Below are positions 36,601 to 44,993 of a stretch of 51,469 nt of DNA, one piece after another. Origin of the DNA: Planctomycetota bacterium (GTDB taxonomy: Bacteria; Planctomycetota; Phycisphaerae; FEN-1346); contig VGYT01000002.1 of assembly GCA_016872895.1 (NCBI GenBank), forward strand, positions 1 through 51,469, read 5' to 3'. Every line of letters begins with the position of its first letter. Within the stretch, counting starts at the first letter, position 1. The notes beneath the pieces were generated by a model. It searched no databases. It was not told the origin of the DNA and was given only the letters and a program-made list of their open reading frames with translations. A program made the position numbers and the translations under genes.

Positions 36601-36926
36601 CGAGCCGCCGGCCCGGGAGCCGGCCGCGGCCGTGGAGACTCCTCGCCGCCCGCGCCGCCGGGCACAAGGCCGCTGACAACCGACCCGTGCGGCTCAACGT
36701 GGATGCCGATCGTCAGGAGCACCGGCGCGTCGGCCGAGCCGGCATCGTCGGCCACTCTACGAGATAATTCAATGAGCGCTTGGGGCACAAGTCCCGCGCC
36801 CTCGCGCGGCCCCGGAGACGGGCCGCCTTCCGGCCCTCCGGGGAAATCCCCGCCCGCCGCCCAAGCCGCCCCCAGGATGGCGCCCAGCACCGCTGCCGCC
36901 GCCGGCACTTGCATCCACTTTCTCAT
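33633..36926 (-). CDS. Large secreted protein with three tandem divergent modules (polysaccharide-deacetylase / glycoside-hydrolase-deacetylase barrel-like by eye); function unknown
   Basis: 1097 aa. Signal peptide MRKWMQVPAAAAVLGAILGAAWA with AAGGAGG upstream. The modules start at LLTIGIHVEPHG, TFLAIHCEAGG and YITFVINVHDTGH, separated by Ala/Pro linkers. Confidence 0.7.
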   Translation of the reverse strand: MRKWMQVPAAAAVLGAILGAAWAAGGDFPGGPEGGPSPGPREGAGLVPQALIELSRRVADDAGSADAPVLLTIGIHVEPHGSVVSGLVPGGAGGEESPRPRPAPGPAARAAGPLDFPLDPQAGPPGRPPSPAFGPAGPMGGLPAAGRQGGFPPPNYNDPPYFRRTVEDLKILAAMAERHGGRLSVQVQTPFTRVAAEAGEKILADLEQRGHEIALHFHEDAHLGRACERLPVETWAAVMKEEIDWIKKAGARHIRYWSGGNLYAGVLDAAARAGLDVFSDHKNPRVQQSDARLMTVGPWRPAGGPTADDLEAFARHDPGGKIIYLPVGAYPTADYAGLKRGRGPQADAAYFDSMTDGLERSLRAARPGRVSVFHVTVHPGEFRGGPREPYGVIEKWLTQVVGPLLKAGKVRWATFSAMADAYAAWEKANPGVDPRAGEKFPAAVPAAAEAPSAAPAAGAGAPAAVPGPAAPPAPAAPPAGRTVPPTFLAIHCEAGGRMSAGRWQEQHWPALVRLVELADRYGAKLTLMFNPQWAEYICADTSRFEKVKAWQKAGHEVALHYHTVPHGDWCGYTNRDEMKSHPRYRGTVADMTALVVKLAAPEPLVTACCGIDVASTPYPPDASPASIVDETDFPEEIIYDVDGIRDGLARPLAFTWKGKARLHLRHHLLSPRQPVSAEMIRAEFGRARPGDVFGVVTHEADFAFAPDFIEAHLKFVREQGAAVRTVREIARAAAAAESSPAPPSPAPPSPAGARQDAAAKQAGAAVPQEQAPAAAQRGYITFVINVHDTGHVEESAETVCRAVGVFQKHGVRGDFYFTAAIVERYAAERPEVVRLLKDTRQTVSYHVRPPHPIYAGFERRLRGLDDAALATALRGYETYRMDPATGDLDRSRPGGYTLVAQVFGTKPVAIGAPTRDPRIRRAALAVYRDLGARMVVQYHESGTDPERPYERVEGLLVRPSDFSVTRWALAGEPEESFWWNRLESPQAAEYDPAGRLKGQLAAWKAARPPLITALIHENDFARSGPTSWSAFYYAPGDPPRPRDPPFPLDAPDRSRPRPASQRERIWRAYEELVVCAAANLKVVTSEDIVAMAAETGK

Positions 36927-37089
36927 GGCTGCCTCCTTGCGGCGGGTAAATCGGCCCGCGCCGCCATGTATATATTGTGCAATTCCGGACCGCCGCGGTC
37001 ACTGAGAAACCGGCATCGGCGAAACAATGGAAAAGCCGCCGGCGCAGGGCTATCATGCGCAGGTAAGGTCTGCTTGGGGGACATGAGCC

Positions 37090-38115
37090 ATGAAGCGATT
37101 GCCGATGGTTGTGCTGCTGGTCCTCGCCGCCGGCAGCGTGTGCCGGCCCTTCGCGGCAGTGGCGGGGGCTCCGCCGGCTACCGGCCCCGCGCCGGCTGCC
37201 GCCCCCGCGCCGGCTGCCGCGCCTGCTGCCGCCCCCCCTGCCCCCGCCGCCGTCGCCCCCGCTCCCGCCGTCGCTCCCGCTGCCGCGCCGGCCGCGCTGC
37301 CGCAGGCCGCCCCCCAGCCGGTGCCGCTGGCGGAACTCATGGCAGAGTTGGGGCGGGCGCCCCAGCGGAATGCCGACCGGGCCGCGCAGGCGCTCGCGCT
37401 CTTGAAGCAGGCCGGCCTGAAAGACGTGGCGCAGCAGGCCATCCGCCTGAAGCGCGAGGGTGCCAGCGCCACCGGCAACGTCGTGGCCACGCTGCCCGGG
37501 CGCACGGCGGAGACGATCATCGTGGGGGCGCATTTCGACCACACGGCCGCCGGCGCCGGCGTCATCGACAACTGGACCGGCGTGGTGTGCATGGCGAACC
37601 TGGCCCAGGCGCTCGCGAAGTCCCGGCCGCGTCGCACCTTCGTGTTCATCGCGTTCGACCTGGAGGAACAGGGGCGCATCGGCTCGCAGTGGTACGTGGC
37701 GCAAATGAGCGACGAGGCCCGGCGGCGCGTGGCGGCCATGGTGAACCTGGAGTGCCTCGGCATATCGGGCCTGAAGGTCTGGCGGACCGGCTCGGCCGAC
37801 GCGCTGGAGCAACTTGCAGCCGATGTCGCCCGGAAGGAGAGCGCGCCGCTGGAGTTCCGGCAACTGTACGGCGTGACGAGCGATTCCGACTCGTTCATGC
37901 GGGCGGGCATGGCGGCCATCACGTTCGACAGCCTGGACCCGGCGGACTTCGAACTGATTGATTCGCCCAAGGACCGGGCCGAGGCCGTCCGTGCGCAGAC
38001 GTTCGAGCAGCAGTACCGCTTCATCCTGAAATATCTTCAGGCATTGGATGAGCAGAACGGGCCGGCCTCTGCGGCCAACAAGGACCGGCCCGGGCCGCTC
38101 CCGCGCGGGCCCTGA
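37090..38115 (+). CDS. Secreted M28-family metallopeptidase
   Basis: 341 aa with a signal peptide and an Ala/Pro linker, then NVVATLPGR...IIVGAHFDH...DNWTGV...FIAFDLEEQGRIGS...NLECLG (zinc-ligand pattern of M28). A possible promoter is TGGAAA(37028)-17 nt-TATCAT(37051). Confidence 0.85.
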   Translation: MKRLPMVVLLVLAAGSVCRPFAAVAGAPPATGPAPAAAPAPAAAPAAAPPAPAAVAPAPAVAPAAAPAALPQAAPQPVPLAELMAELGRAPQRNADRAAQALALLKQAGLKDVAQQAIRLKREGASATGNVVATLPGRTAETIIVGAHFDHTAAGAGVIDNWTGVVCMANLAQALAKSRPRRTFVFIAFDLEEQGRIGSQWYVAQMSDEARRRVAAMVNLECLGISGLKVWRTGSADALEQLAADVARKESAPLEFRQLYGVTSDSDSFMRAGMAAITFDSLDPADFELIDSPKDRAEAVRAQTFEQQYRFILKYLQALDEQNGPASAANKDRPGPLPRGP

Positions 38116-38199
38116 GCCGCCGGCCGCCGCCGCGCAAGCCAGATCGCCATCTTGCGCGGCAGGCCTCCTCACGCGCCGCGCACCGGATTCCTGGAGCAA

Positions 38200-38228
38200 C
38201 GCAGGCCCCGAGCGCGCCTCGGCCTGCG
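38200..38228. terminator. GC-rich stem-loop at a convergent gene junction (bidirectional terminator candidate)
   Basis: CGCAGGC-C-CCGAG-CGCGC-CTCGG-CCTGCG between the stops at 38115 (+) and 38233 (-). No U-tract. Confidence 0.35.
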
Positions 38229-38232
38229 TGGT

Positions 38233-39279
38233 TCACTTCGCCGGCGCCGCCGTCAGCAGCCCCAGCCGCCAGGGGATCATGCCGTAGCCCTTGTCGCCCT
38301 TGGCATTGTTGTTCACGCCCTGGATGAGGAACTTCAGGCCCCCCGGGTCAACGGTCATGGTTTCGTCACAGCCCGCGCGCAAAAGTTCGCCGTGGCTGAT
38401 GTTGTCGGCCCACGGCGGGTCGGGCTGGCGCACGTTGGCGGCGCCCGCGAAGGGACGGTCTTCCGTGTCGGCCAGCGGCTGCCAGGCGCCGTCCAGGCGG
38501 TCGGCCGTGTAGGCCTTGTAGTAGCGGCGTCCGGCCTTGCCCTGGGCCTCTATGACCGTCAGGTACTTCTCCTGCCCCGCCAGGCGGTAGGTATGCGCGG
38601 CCTCGAAGATGTCGGCCTTCAGGGCCAGTTCGCAGTGGTCGAAGCCCTCGGGGAACTTCTCCAGGGGCGTCCACATCCGCCACATGCGGCCGTCGAGCGA
38701 CGTGAAGAAGAGGTAGGCGCGCTTCTCGTCGCAGATGACCCAGAAGTCTATCCACCGCGAGACGTCTTTCGGGTCAACCTCCGGGAAGAACAGGTGCCCG
38801 GGCGACCAGGACGCCGGATCGGCGATCTTCTCGGTGGTGGCGTACGCCGGCTGCATGAGTTTGCGGTCGGGGTTGCCCCACTGGTACACCAGGTACCACT
38901 TCTTGTGCGGCCGGAAGTAGAAGACCTGCGGGGCGCAGAAGTAGCGGTCGTGCCATGTAAATACGTGCCGCGGGGCCTTGCCGGCGCTGTCCCACCGGTC
39001 GAATGAAACATATTCCATGTGCACCGGCGGCGCAGCCCGGCGCACCGTCATGAAGACGTGCCAGCGGCCCTCGGCGAAGACGACCGTGGGGTCCTTTACG
39101 GAGACGCACGGGCCGTCGGCGCGGTCCTTCGGCGAAACGAGCGGCGGCGAGAGCGTCCACGCGAAAGGGGGCTTCAGGTCGGCCGCCGCCTCGGCCGCCA
39201 CCGCCCGCCCCGCAATCGCACAACTGACGACGACCGCCGCAGCGGCGGCCGCCCACGCGATGCCACGCACTGTTTCCAT
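38233..39279 (-). CDS. Secreted five-bladed-propeller glycoside hydrolase, GH62-like (alpha-L-arabinofuranosidase family)
   Basis: ORF 38233..39351. ATG 39279 (GGAGA upstream) gives METVRGIAWAAAAAAVVVSCAIAGRAVA. The C-terminal WADNISHGELLRAGCDETMTVDPGGLKFLIQG resembles the GH62 ISHGDL...DQTMT.DP signature as I recall it. Confidence 0.6.
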   Translation of the reverse strand: METVRGIAWAAAAAAVVVSCAIAGRAVAAEAAADLKPPFAWTLSPPLVSPKDRADGPCVSVKDPTVVFAEGRWHVFMTVRRAAPPVHMEYVSFDRWDSAGKAPRHVFTWHDRYFCAPQVFYFRPHKKWYLVYQWGNPDRKLMQPAYATTEKIADPASWSPGHLFFPEVDPKDVSRWIDFWVICDEKRAYLFFTSLDGRMWRMWTPLEKFPEGFDHCELALKADIFEAAHTYRLAGQEKYLTVIEAQGKAGRRYYKAYTADRLDGAWQPLADTEDRPFAGAANVRQPDPPWADNISHGELLRAGCDETMTVDPGGLKFLIQGVNNNAKGDKGYGMIPWRLGLLTAAPAK

Positions 39280-39631
39280 GCTTGTTCTCCTGCGCCGCAA
39301 ATGCCGCACCGGCCAAGTCGAAGACCCGCCCGCGGCGGGCCCGGCAGCCACATGGATTTCGCCCCAACTGGCCGCGGCATCGCCATTCTCATTATGCCGC
39401 GCACCCGGCCGTTTGCCACGGTTTTCCGCGCGGGCGGGTGACCCTCAGAAGTCACGGGGGGGACGACGCTGCTTCTTGTCGGAGCCGCGACCGTCAGGGA
39501 GCGGTGTAGTCGGCCTGCGCCGGCCACAGCCACGACCACAGCACCGCTCCCTTACGGTTGCGGCTCTGATCACCTCCAGTAACCGACCGCTTACGCGGGC
39601 GGGATCGCGCGCCGCATTCCCCGATAAATGC

Positions 39632-39660
39632 TTGAGGCGCTTCCGCATCGCCAGTACCAT
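39632..39660 (+). promoter_or_regulatory. sigma70-like promoter for the tolC-hlyD pair
   Basis: TTGAGG-17 nt-TACCAT. The ORF-track ATG at 39628 overlaps the -35 and is therefore unlikely to be the start. Confidence 0.4.
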
Positions 39661-39696
39661 GCTGCCGGATGGCCGCCTGGGGAGGACCAAGCGCCC

Positions 39697-41415
39697 GTGC
39701 CTGAAAGCGCTCAACCCAACCGCCGCTTGCACATGGCAGGGCTCGCCCTGACGGCGCTGGCGGCGGCCGGCTGCATGCGTTCGGGGAGCCCGACCGACGA
39801 GTGGATCGCCCAGGAGGTGGCCAAGAGCGTCGCATCCTCGTCGCGGCCGGCCGTGCGCGAGGCGGCGCCCGATGCGCCGGGGCCGCGGCCCCCTGTTCCC
39901 CCCGCCGGGCCGGCCGAGGTGCGGCTGACACTGCTTGAGGCGCTGCGCCTGGCGCTGGCCGGCAGCCACGACGTTCAGATCGCCGGCCTCCAGCCGCGCA
40001 TCGCCGAGCAGGACATCATCGTAGCCGAGGCCGTCTTCGACCCGGCTGCCTTCGCCACCAGCACCGTCGGCCGCGTGGACAGACCCATCCAGAGCCAACT
40101 CGACGTCGGCGCGGCGCAGCGCGGCCTGCTGGTGCAGGACACCTGGTCCTGGCAGGCGGGCCTTCGCACGAAGGTGCCCACGGGCGGCGCGCTGTCGGTT
40201 TACGAGGCGTCCGATTACCTTTCCACGAACAGCCGCCTCATCCTGCCGAATCCGCAGGACGTCACGCGCCTGACGGTCGAGTTGGCGCACCCGCTGCTTC
40301 GCGGCGCCGGCTACGATTACAACACTGCCGCCATCCGCGTGGCCAACCTGAACTCCTCGGTGGCGTTCCAGGACTTCCGCAAGGGCGTCCAGGACGCGGT
40401 GGCCGCCGTCGTCAACGCCTACTGGCAACTGGCCTTCGACCTGGAGTCGGTGCGCGTGAGCCGCGCGTCGCGCGACCTTGCGACGGAGGTGCTGAGGCGC
40501 GAAAAGTCCCGCCGCGAGCAGGGCGTCTCCAGCGACCTCGACGTCAGCCGCGCAGAGGCCGCCGTGGCACTCAGGGAGGCCGACGGCATCCGCGCCGAGA
40601 GCCAGTCCCGCGACTCCATGGACCGCCTGAAACTCCTGATGAACTCGCGCGACCTCGACCTGGCCGACGAGACGCGCCTCCTGCCCGTCGAGGCGCCCCG
40701 GTTCTTCATCGTCGCCGTTGACCGCTCGGCAGCCATCGCCGCGGCCCTCGGGCGCCGACCCGACCTGGAGCGGGCGCGCGCAGCCGTCGCCGTCAACCGC
40801 ATCCGCCTCGACGTGGCTGACCGTGACCGCCTCCCCAAACTCGACGCCACCTTGCGTTATATCCTGGGCGGCCTCGACGCCGACCTGGGCGGCGCCATCG
40901 AGAACCAGAACTTCGGCGACCGCATCAGTTGGAACGCCGGCCTGGAACTTGAAGTCCCCCTGGGCAACCGCTCCGCCGACGCCACGCGCCGCAAACGACT
41001 CCTGGAGTACGACCAGAGCATCCTGGAACTGGACCGCCTGGCCACGCAGGTCATGCAGGAAGTCAACGCGTCCGCGAGGGCCGTCCTGCTGGCCCGCGAA
41101 GAGGTCGAGGCCACGCTCCAGGCCAAGACCGCCGCCGCGCGCACCGTCCAGGGCGAGCAGCGACGCTTCGAACTCGGCCTGACCACGAACGAGGAACTCC
41201 TGCGGGCACAGGAAACGCTCGCCACCGCCGAACGCGACCACCTTAAGGCCCTCCTGAACTTCAACCTCGGCCTGGTGTCGCTTGCGCGGGCACAGGGCGT
41301 GCTGCTCGACGCCCAGGGCATCGAAATAGTCGAGCCGCCCTCGACGCCCGACCATCCGCGCCCCCTGGGCCTTCGCCTCGCGCCGCCTAAAGGCGAGGCC
41401 GGAAAACCCGAATGA
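39697..41415 (+). CDS. TolC-family outer-membrane efflux protein (lipoprotein-type signal)
   Basis: ORF 39628..41415. GTG 39697 (GGAGGA 10 nt upstream) or ATG 39733. ...RRLHMAGLALTALAAAGC, then two TolC repeats (LTLLEALRLALAGSHDVQIA...; LDRSAAIAAALGRRPDLERA...). Confidence 0.85.
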   Translation: MPESAQPNRRLHMAGLALTALAAAGCMRSGSPTDEWIAQEVAKSVASSSRPAVREAAPDAPGPRPPVPPAGPAEVRLTLLEALRLALAGSHDVQIAGLQPRIAEQDIIVAEAVFDPAAFATSTVGRVDRPIQSQLDVGAAQRGLLVQDTWSWQAGLRTKVPTGGALSVYEASDYLSTNSRLILPNPQDVTRLTVELAHPLLRGAGYDYNTAAIRVANLNSSVAFQDFRKGVQDAVAAVVNAYWQLAFDLESVRVSRASRDLATEVLRREKSRREQGVSSDLDVSRAEAAVALREADGIRAESQSRDSMDRLKLLMNSRDLDLADETRLLPVEAPRFFIVAVDRSAAIAAALGRRPDLERARAAVAVNRIRLDVADRDRLPKLDATLRYILGGLDADLGGAIENQNFGDRISWNAGLELEVPLGNRSADATRRKRLLEYDQSILELDRLATQVMQEVNASARAVLLAREEVEATLQAKTAAARTVQGEQRRFELGLTTNEELLRAQETLATAERDHLKALLNFNLGLVSLARAQGVLLDAQGIEIVEPPSTPDHPRPLGLRLAPPKGEAGKPE

Positions 41416-42380
41416 CGATGGCAGGGACGGAGGGACAAAGGGATGGAGGATATGCGATGATGCGAAGTGGAGTCATGGCCGCCCTTGTCCTGGCGGGGCT
41501 CCTGGTAATCGTGTGGGCGTGCTTCGCGGCGACCGCCGCGGCGCAGGCCGCCGCGGCCCCCGCGGTCGGCCCCGTAGCGGCTCCCGCGAAGGCCGCCGCG
41601 ACGCAGGCCGCCGCCGAGGCCTTCACGGAAGAGGTCTTCACGCAGCCCTCAAAGACGATTGAACTGGCTGCCGCCGTCGGCGGCATCGTCCGGGGCGTCC
41701 CGGCCGACGAGGGCACGCACGTCAAGGCAGGCGACGTGGTCGTCGCCCTCGACGACTCGACCGAGGAAATCGCCGTGCGCGCCGCCAAACTCGAAGCCGA
41801 AAACGACGCCGAGGAGCAGGCCGCTCGCGTCACCATGGAGCAGGCACAGGAAGAGGCCCGCATCACCAGGCAACTGGCGTCGGAGGGCGTGGAGGCCGAA
41901 CTCCTCTACCGCCAGAAACAGATGGCCAGCGAGGTGGCCAAGTTCAAGTACGAGGTCGCCAAGAAGGACCGGCAGCGGGCCGCCCTTGACACCGAGGCCG
42001 CACGGGTGGCCCTCGAACGCAAGAGGATTTGTGCCCCCGTGGCCGGCGTCATCACCCGCATGCCCACCGAGGTCGGCGAGGCTGCCGAGCCGCTCCAGAC
42101 CGTCGCACACATGGCCGTGACGGACCCCCTGCACATCGTCTTCCATCCGCCCGCCCGGATGCTCGGCCTCTTCAAGCCCGGCCAGACGATGGCCGTTGAA
42201 ATCCTGGAGCCGAAGCGCGAGGCCGTGACCGCCAGGGTCCAGGTCGTCAACGAAGTGGTCGACGCCGCCTCGAACACCTTCCGCGTGCGGCTGGTGGTGG
42301 AGAACGCCGACGGCCGCATCCGCGCCGGCGTGCGCGTGCGCGTAACCGTCGCCGGCCCGGAGAGCCTCAAGGGACCGTAA
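41412..42380 (+). CDS. HlyD/membrane-fusion-protein family periplasmic adaptor
   Basis: 322 aa. Its ATG overlaps the tolC stop (ATGA). TM anchor, lipoyl-like VKAGDVVVALDD, a coiled coil, then ICAPVAGVITRM and a beta-barrel tail. Confidence 0.8.
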   Translation: MTMAGTEGQRDGGYAMMRSGVMAALVLAGLLVIVWACFAATAAAQAAAAPAVGPVAAPAKAAATQAAAEAFTEEVFTQPSKTIELAAAVGGIVRGVPADEGTHVKAGDVVVALDDSTEEIAVRAAKLEAENDAEEQAARVTMEQAQEEARITRQLASEGVEAELLYRQKQMASEVAKFKYEVAKKDRQRAALDTEAARVALERKRICAPVAGVITRMPTEVGEAAEPLQTVAHMAVTDPLHIVFHPPARMLGLFKPGQTMAVEILEPKREAVTARVQVVNEVVDAASNTFRVRLVVENADGRIRAGVRVRVTVAGPESLKGP

Positions 42381-43449
42381 TGTCCTCGGGGTCGGGCTCC
42401 GGCGCAGCCGGGCATGCGCCCTGCTTCTTGTCGGCATCCACGACCGCGCTCAGAAGCGCCGCCAGGCCCATCGCCCCGGAGTTCGGGTCCCAACCGAGAG
42501 TCGGCCCCTGCTTTCCGCGCGTCACCCCTTCGGTGGTGCCTGCCCTGCCCGTGATGATCTGCACGCACAGGCGGCGGACCTCGTCGTACGGCGGTTCGCC
42601 CCTGAATCGCTGGAACGGCCTGTACGTACCGTCCGGGTAGTAGCCATCAAGGTGGAACAGCCGCTCCTTCGGCCCGACCTCCTTCAGTTGCTGCGCGATG
42701 AGGTTCAGGTCCACGTACGAGCCCAGCGTCAGCCGATAGTCGGTCTTGCGGCCCTTCTCGTCGAGCACGTAGAAGATGTACAGGACGGGCCGCTCGCCCC
42801 TCGGTTCGAAGTATTCATAAACGATCACCTTGCGCCGGTTGGCCGTGAAGCGGTCGCGGCAGTAGCGCTCGGCATCCTTCAGGGAAGGGACCTCCCCCTT
42901 GCGCCGCAGGTCCAGCAGGGCCGCGCGCTCGGTGTCGCGGGCCTTAACGTCTCCCGCCGCCTGCTGGAGTTGGACAAGCGCCGCCCAGGCGCGCCACTCC
43001 TTGGGGTCCAGTTTAACGGCCGCCTGGAACTGCTCGATGGCGGGCTTCGGCAGGCCCTTGCGCTGGTAGACCTGGCCCGCGCCGCAGCGTGCGCCGGCCT
43101 GAGTCGGGTCCAGTTGAATCGCCTGGATAAAGAGGCGGAGGGCCTCGTCGAGTTTCCCGGCGTCGCGCAGGGCCACGGCCTGGCGGACCTTCGCCTCGGC
43201 CGCCGCGGCGCCCCCTGCTGCCGCAGGCGCCGCCGCAGACGGCAACGCCGGCGCCGCAGGCGCAAGAACCTGCGGCGCGGAAGTCGCCGATACGGCGGGA
43301 GCAGACGCAGGAGCCGTGGAAGACGGGGCGGGGGCCTCCGTTCCGGCGGCGGGCGGCTCCGCCTCCGCCGGCCCCGGCGCCTCGCCGCCCCGCGCCCCGA
43401 CCGCACACGCCCAAGCCGCCGCCAACACGCACGTAAGCGCATTTCTCAT
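42367..43449 (-). CDS. Secreted TPR-containing protein of unknown function
   Basis: 360 aa with a signal peptide and an Ala/Pro linker, then TPR units (ALRDAGKLDEALRLFIQAIQLDP...GQVYQRKGLPKPAIEQFQAAVKLDP) and a globular C-terminal domain. Its 3' end overlaps the hlyD-like gene by 14 nt (convergent). Confidence 0.75.
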   Translation of the reverse strand: MRNALTCVLAAAWACAVGARGGEAPGPAEAEPPAAGTEAPAPSSTAPASAPAVSATSAPQVLAPAAPALPSAAAPAAAGGAAAAEAKVRQAVALRDAGKLDEALRLFIQAIQLDPTQAGARCGAGQVYQRKGLPKPAIEQFQAAVKLDPKEWRAWAALVQLQQAAGDVKARDTERAALLDLRRKGEVPSLKDAERYCRDRFTANRRKVIVYEYFEPRGERPVLYIFYVLDEKGRKTDYRLTLGSYVDLNLIAQQLKEVGPKERLFHLDGYYPDGTYRPFQRFRGEPPYDEVRRLCVQIITGRAGTTEGVTRGKQGPTLGWDPNSGAMGLAALLSAVVDADKKQGACPAAPEPDPEDITVP

Positions 43450-43490
43450 GGTGTTGCCCTTTCAAGATAAGACGATATCCTGCGCCGGGC

Positions 43491-43519
43491 ATGCTACCGT
43501 GCGCCGGCGGGCCGTGCAA
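43491..43519 (-). promoter_or_regulatory. sigma70-like promoter for the secreted TPR gene
   Basis: Reverse strand reads TTGCAC-17 nt-TAGCAT, about 40 nt upstream of ATG 43449. Confidence 0.45.
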
Positions 43520-43632
43520 CAACAAGACCTGGCGCTCCGCGGCAAGCCCCCTATGTAGGCCCGCGCGCCGCCCGCCCGCTCGCCGCACACGCACCCAAGA
43601 ACAGCGCGGCGGGCCTCAGTACCCGCCGCGCG

Positions 43633-44451
43633 CTACACCCCGCGCCGCCGCGCGGCTGCGAAGCGCGCCAGGAGACCTTCCAGGTCCGCGTCCGTCCGGA
43701 TGCCCAGGCGCGTCAACGCAAAATCGTATCGCACCGGGTCGTCTGGGCGGATGCGGCGGAAGGCGGCCGTCAGTTCCAGCGCCGCCGCCAGGTTCGCCAC
43801 CTTGCGCGTGACAAAGCCCAGCCGCACCCCGATGCGGAACATGTGCGTGTCGAGCGGCACGATAAGGTGCGACGCCGGCACGCCCCGCCAGCCCCCGGGG
43901 TCCACCTCGTCCTGCCGCACCATCCAGCGCAGAAAGAGGTGCAGCCGCTTGCACGCGCTCCGGCGGCCGGGGTCGGGCACGAAGTTGTGGCAGGCCCGGC
44001 CGCACCCCGCCGACGCCAGCACGCGCACAAAGCGCTCAAGGGCAGGCTGGACCGTCTCGTCGCGGCGCGCCAGGCCCTCCGCGAAGCATGCGCCCAGCAA
44101 CCCGTGCTCGCGCTGCACCGCCCTCGCCGCCGCAAGCAGCCCGGCAACGTCGGCCCCGGTGAAAAAGCGATGCTTGAAGTCCGCAAAGCCCCGGAGCAGC
44201 CGCGCGTCGGACACGGTCTCCAGGTATGCCGCCGGGCGCGGCCCCAGCAGCGCCAGCGCGCGGCCGACGCTGCGTACGATCGCCTTGACGTTTCCGACCG
44301 CCAGCGTCGCGGCCACGATCCCGACGACTTCGCGGTCCCGGGCGTCCGGGTAATCGTAAAGGAACTGGAGCGGGTCCGGCCAAACGAGCTCGCGGCGGTT
44401 GTACCGCCGGTACAGGTCCTCCAGAATTCTATAATAAGAATGTCGATGCAT
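43633..44451 (-). CDS. TIGR02757/DUF2400-family conserved hypothetical protein
   Basis: 272 aa. LYDYPD...VGIVAATLAVGNVKAIV...KHRFF...KRLHLFLRWMVRQDEVDPGGW...LIVPLDTHM matches my recall of this family's signature. Confidence 0.65.
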   Translation of the reverse strand: MHRHSYYRILEDLYRRYNRRELVWPDPLQFLYDYPDARDREVVGIVAATLAVGNVKAIVRSVGRALALLGPRPAAYLETVSDARLLRGFADFKHRFFTGADVAGLLAAARAVQREHGLLGACFAEGLARRDETVQPALERFVRVLASAGCGRACHNFVPDPGRRSACKRLHLFLRWMVRQDEVDPGGWRGVPASHLIVPLDTHMFRIGVRLGFVTRKVANLAAALELTAAFRRIRPDDPVRYDFALTRLGIRTDADLEGLLARFAAARRRGV

Positions 44452-44565
44452 AGTAATAAACGTAACCCTGCAACATGGCCCCCCTGCCCGCCGCGGGATC
44501 CCCAGCGGTGCCCTCCGCCGCGCGGGGCGTGCGGAGCCCGGCGCGCAAGAACGGAGGCCGGGCGG

Positions 44566-44958
44566 TCAGCCCTTCAGCAGGCGCCGGATTTCGCGCACCA
44601 GTTGATCCACGCGCACGGGCTTCGCGAGGAAGGCGTCTGCCTTGACCCAGGACCGTTCCTCGGGCGTGGCAGAATCGAACTCCAGGCCCGTCTCGCTCGT
44701 GACGGCGGTGACCAGGATGACGGGCAGCGGCAGCCGCCGGTTCTTCACATAGTGGCACAGGGAGAAGCCGCCGTCGGCGCCGCCCATCATGAGGTCCACG
44801 ACGGCCAGGTCGGCCCCGCCCGAGTCCGCCAGGGCGCGGGCCTCTCGCTCGCCCGCGGCCGTCAGCACCTTGAAGCCCGCCGCCCCCAGTTTCACGCGCA
44901 TCTGGTCCAGGAAGTCCGGGTCGTCGTCAACCACGAGGATGGTGGCCGGGTCGCTCAC
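44566..44958 (-). CDS. Stand-alone CheY-like response-regulator receiver protein
   Basis: 130 aa from GTG 44958. ILVVDDDPDF...LAVVDLMMGG...VILVTA...FLAKP (DD/D/T/K receiver residues). It lies 35 nt downstream of hydA on the same strand. Confidence 0.88.
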   Translation of the reverse strand: MSDPATILVVDDDPDFLDQMRVKLGAAGFKVLTAAGEREARALADSGGADLAVVDLMMGGADGGFSLCHYVKNRRLPLPVILVTAVTSETGLEFDSATPEERSWVKADAFLAKPVRVDQLVREIRRLLKG

Positions 44959-44993
44959 TCCGTTCGCCCCTTTCCGGGCAGTGTCACATCGAC

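Noticed and set aside
36769-38199. 476-aa minus-strand ORF (also 37053..38024)
   Set aside because: Antisense to the M28 peptidase gene, which has the expected zinc-ligand pattern and signal peptide.
39503-39530. GTGAC-N8-GTCAC inverted repeat (around 39444-39461) and a CCACAG/CCACGA repeat (39523-39542) in the GH62/tolC divergent spacer, considered as a second Rex box
   Set aside because: The half-site spacing (10 nt between GTGA and TCAC) does not fit the Rex consensus (6 nt), and I found no other support. I left it unannotated.
39445-41355. 636-aa minus-strand ORF
   Set aside because: Antisense to the TolC-family gene. Gly/Arg/Ala/Val-rich shadow.
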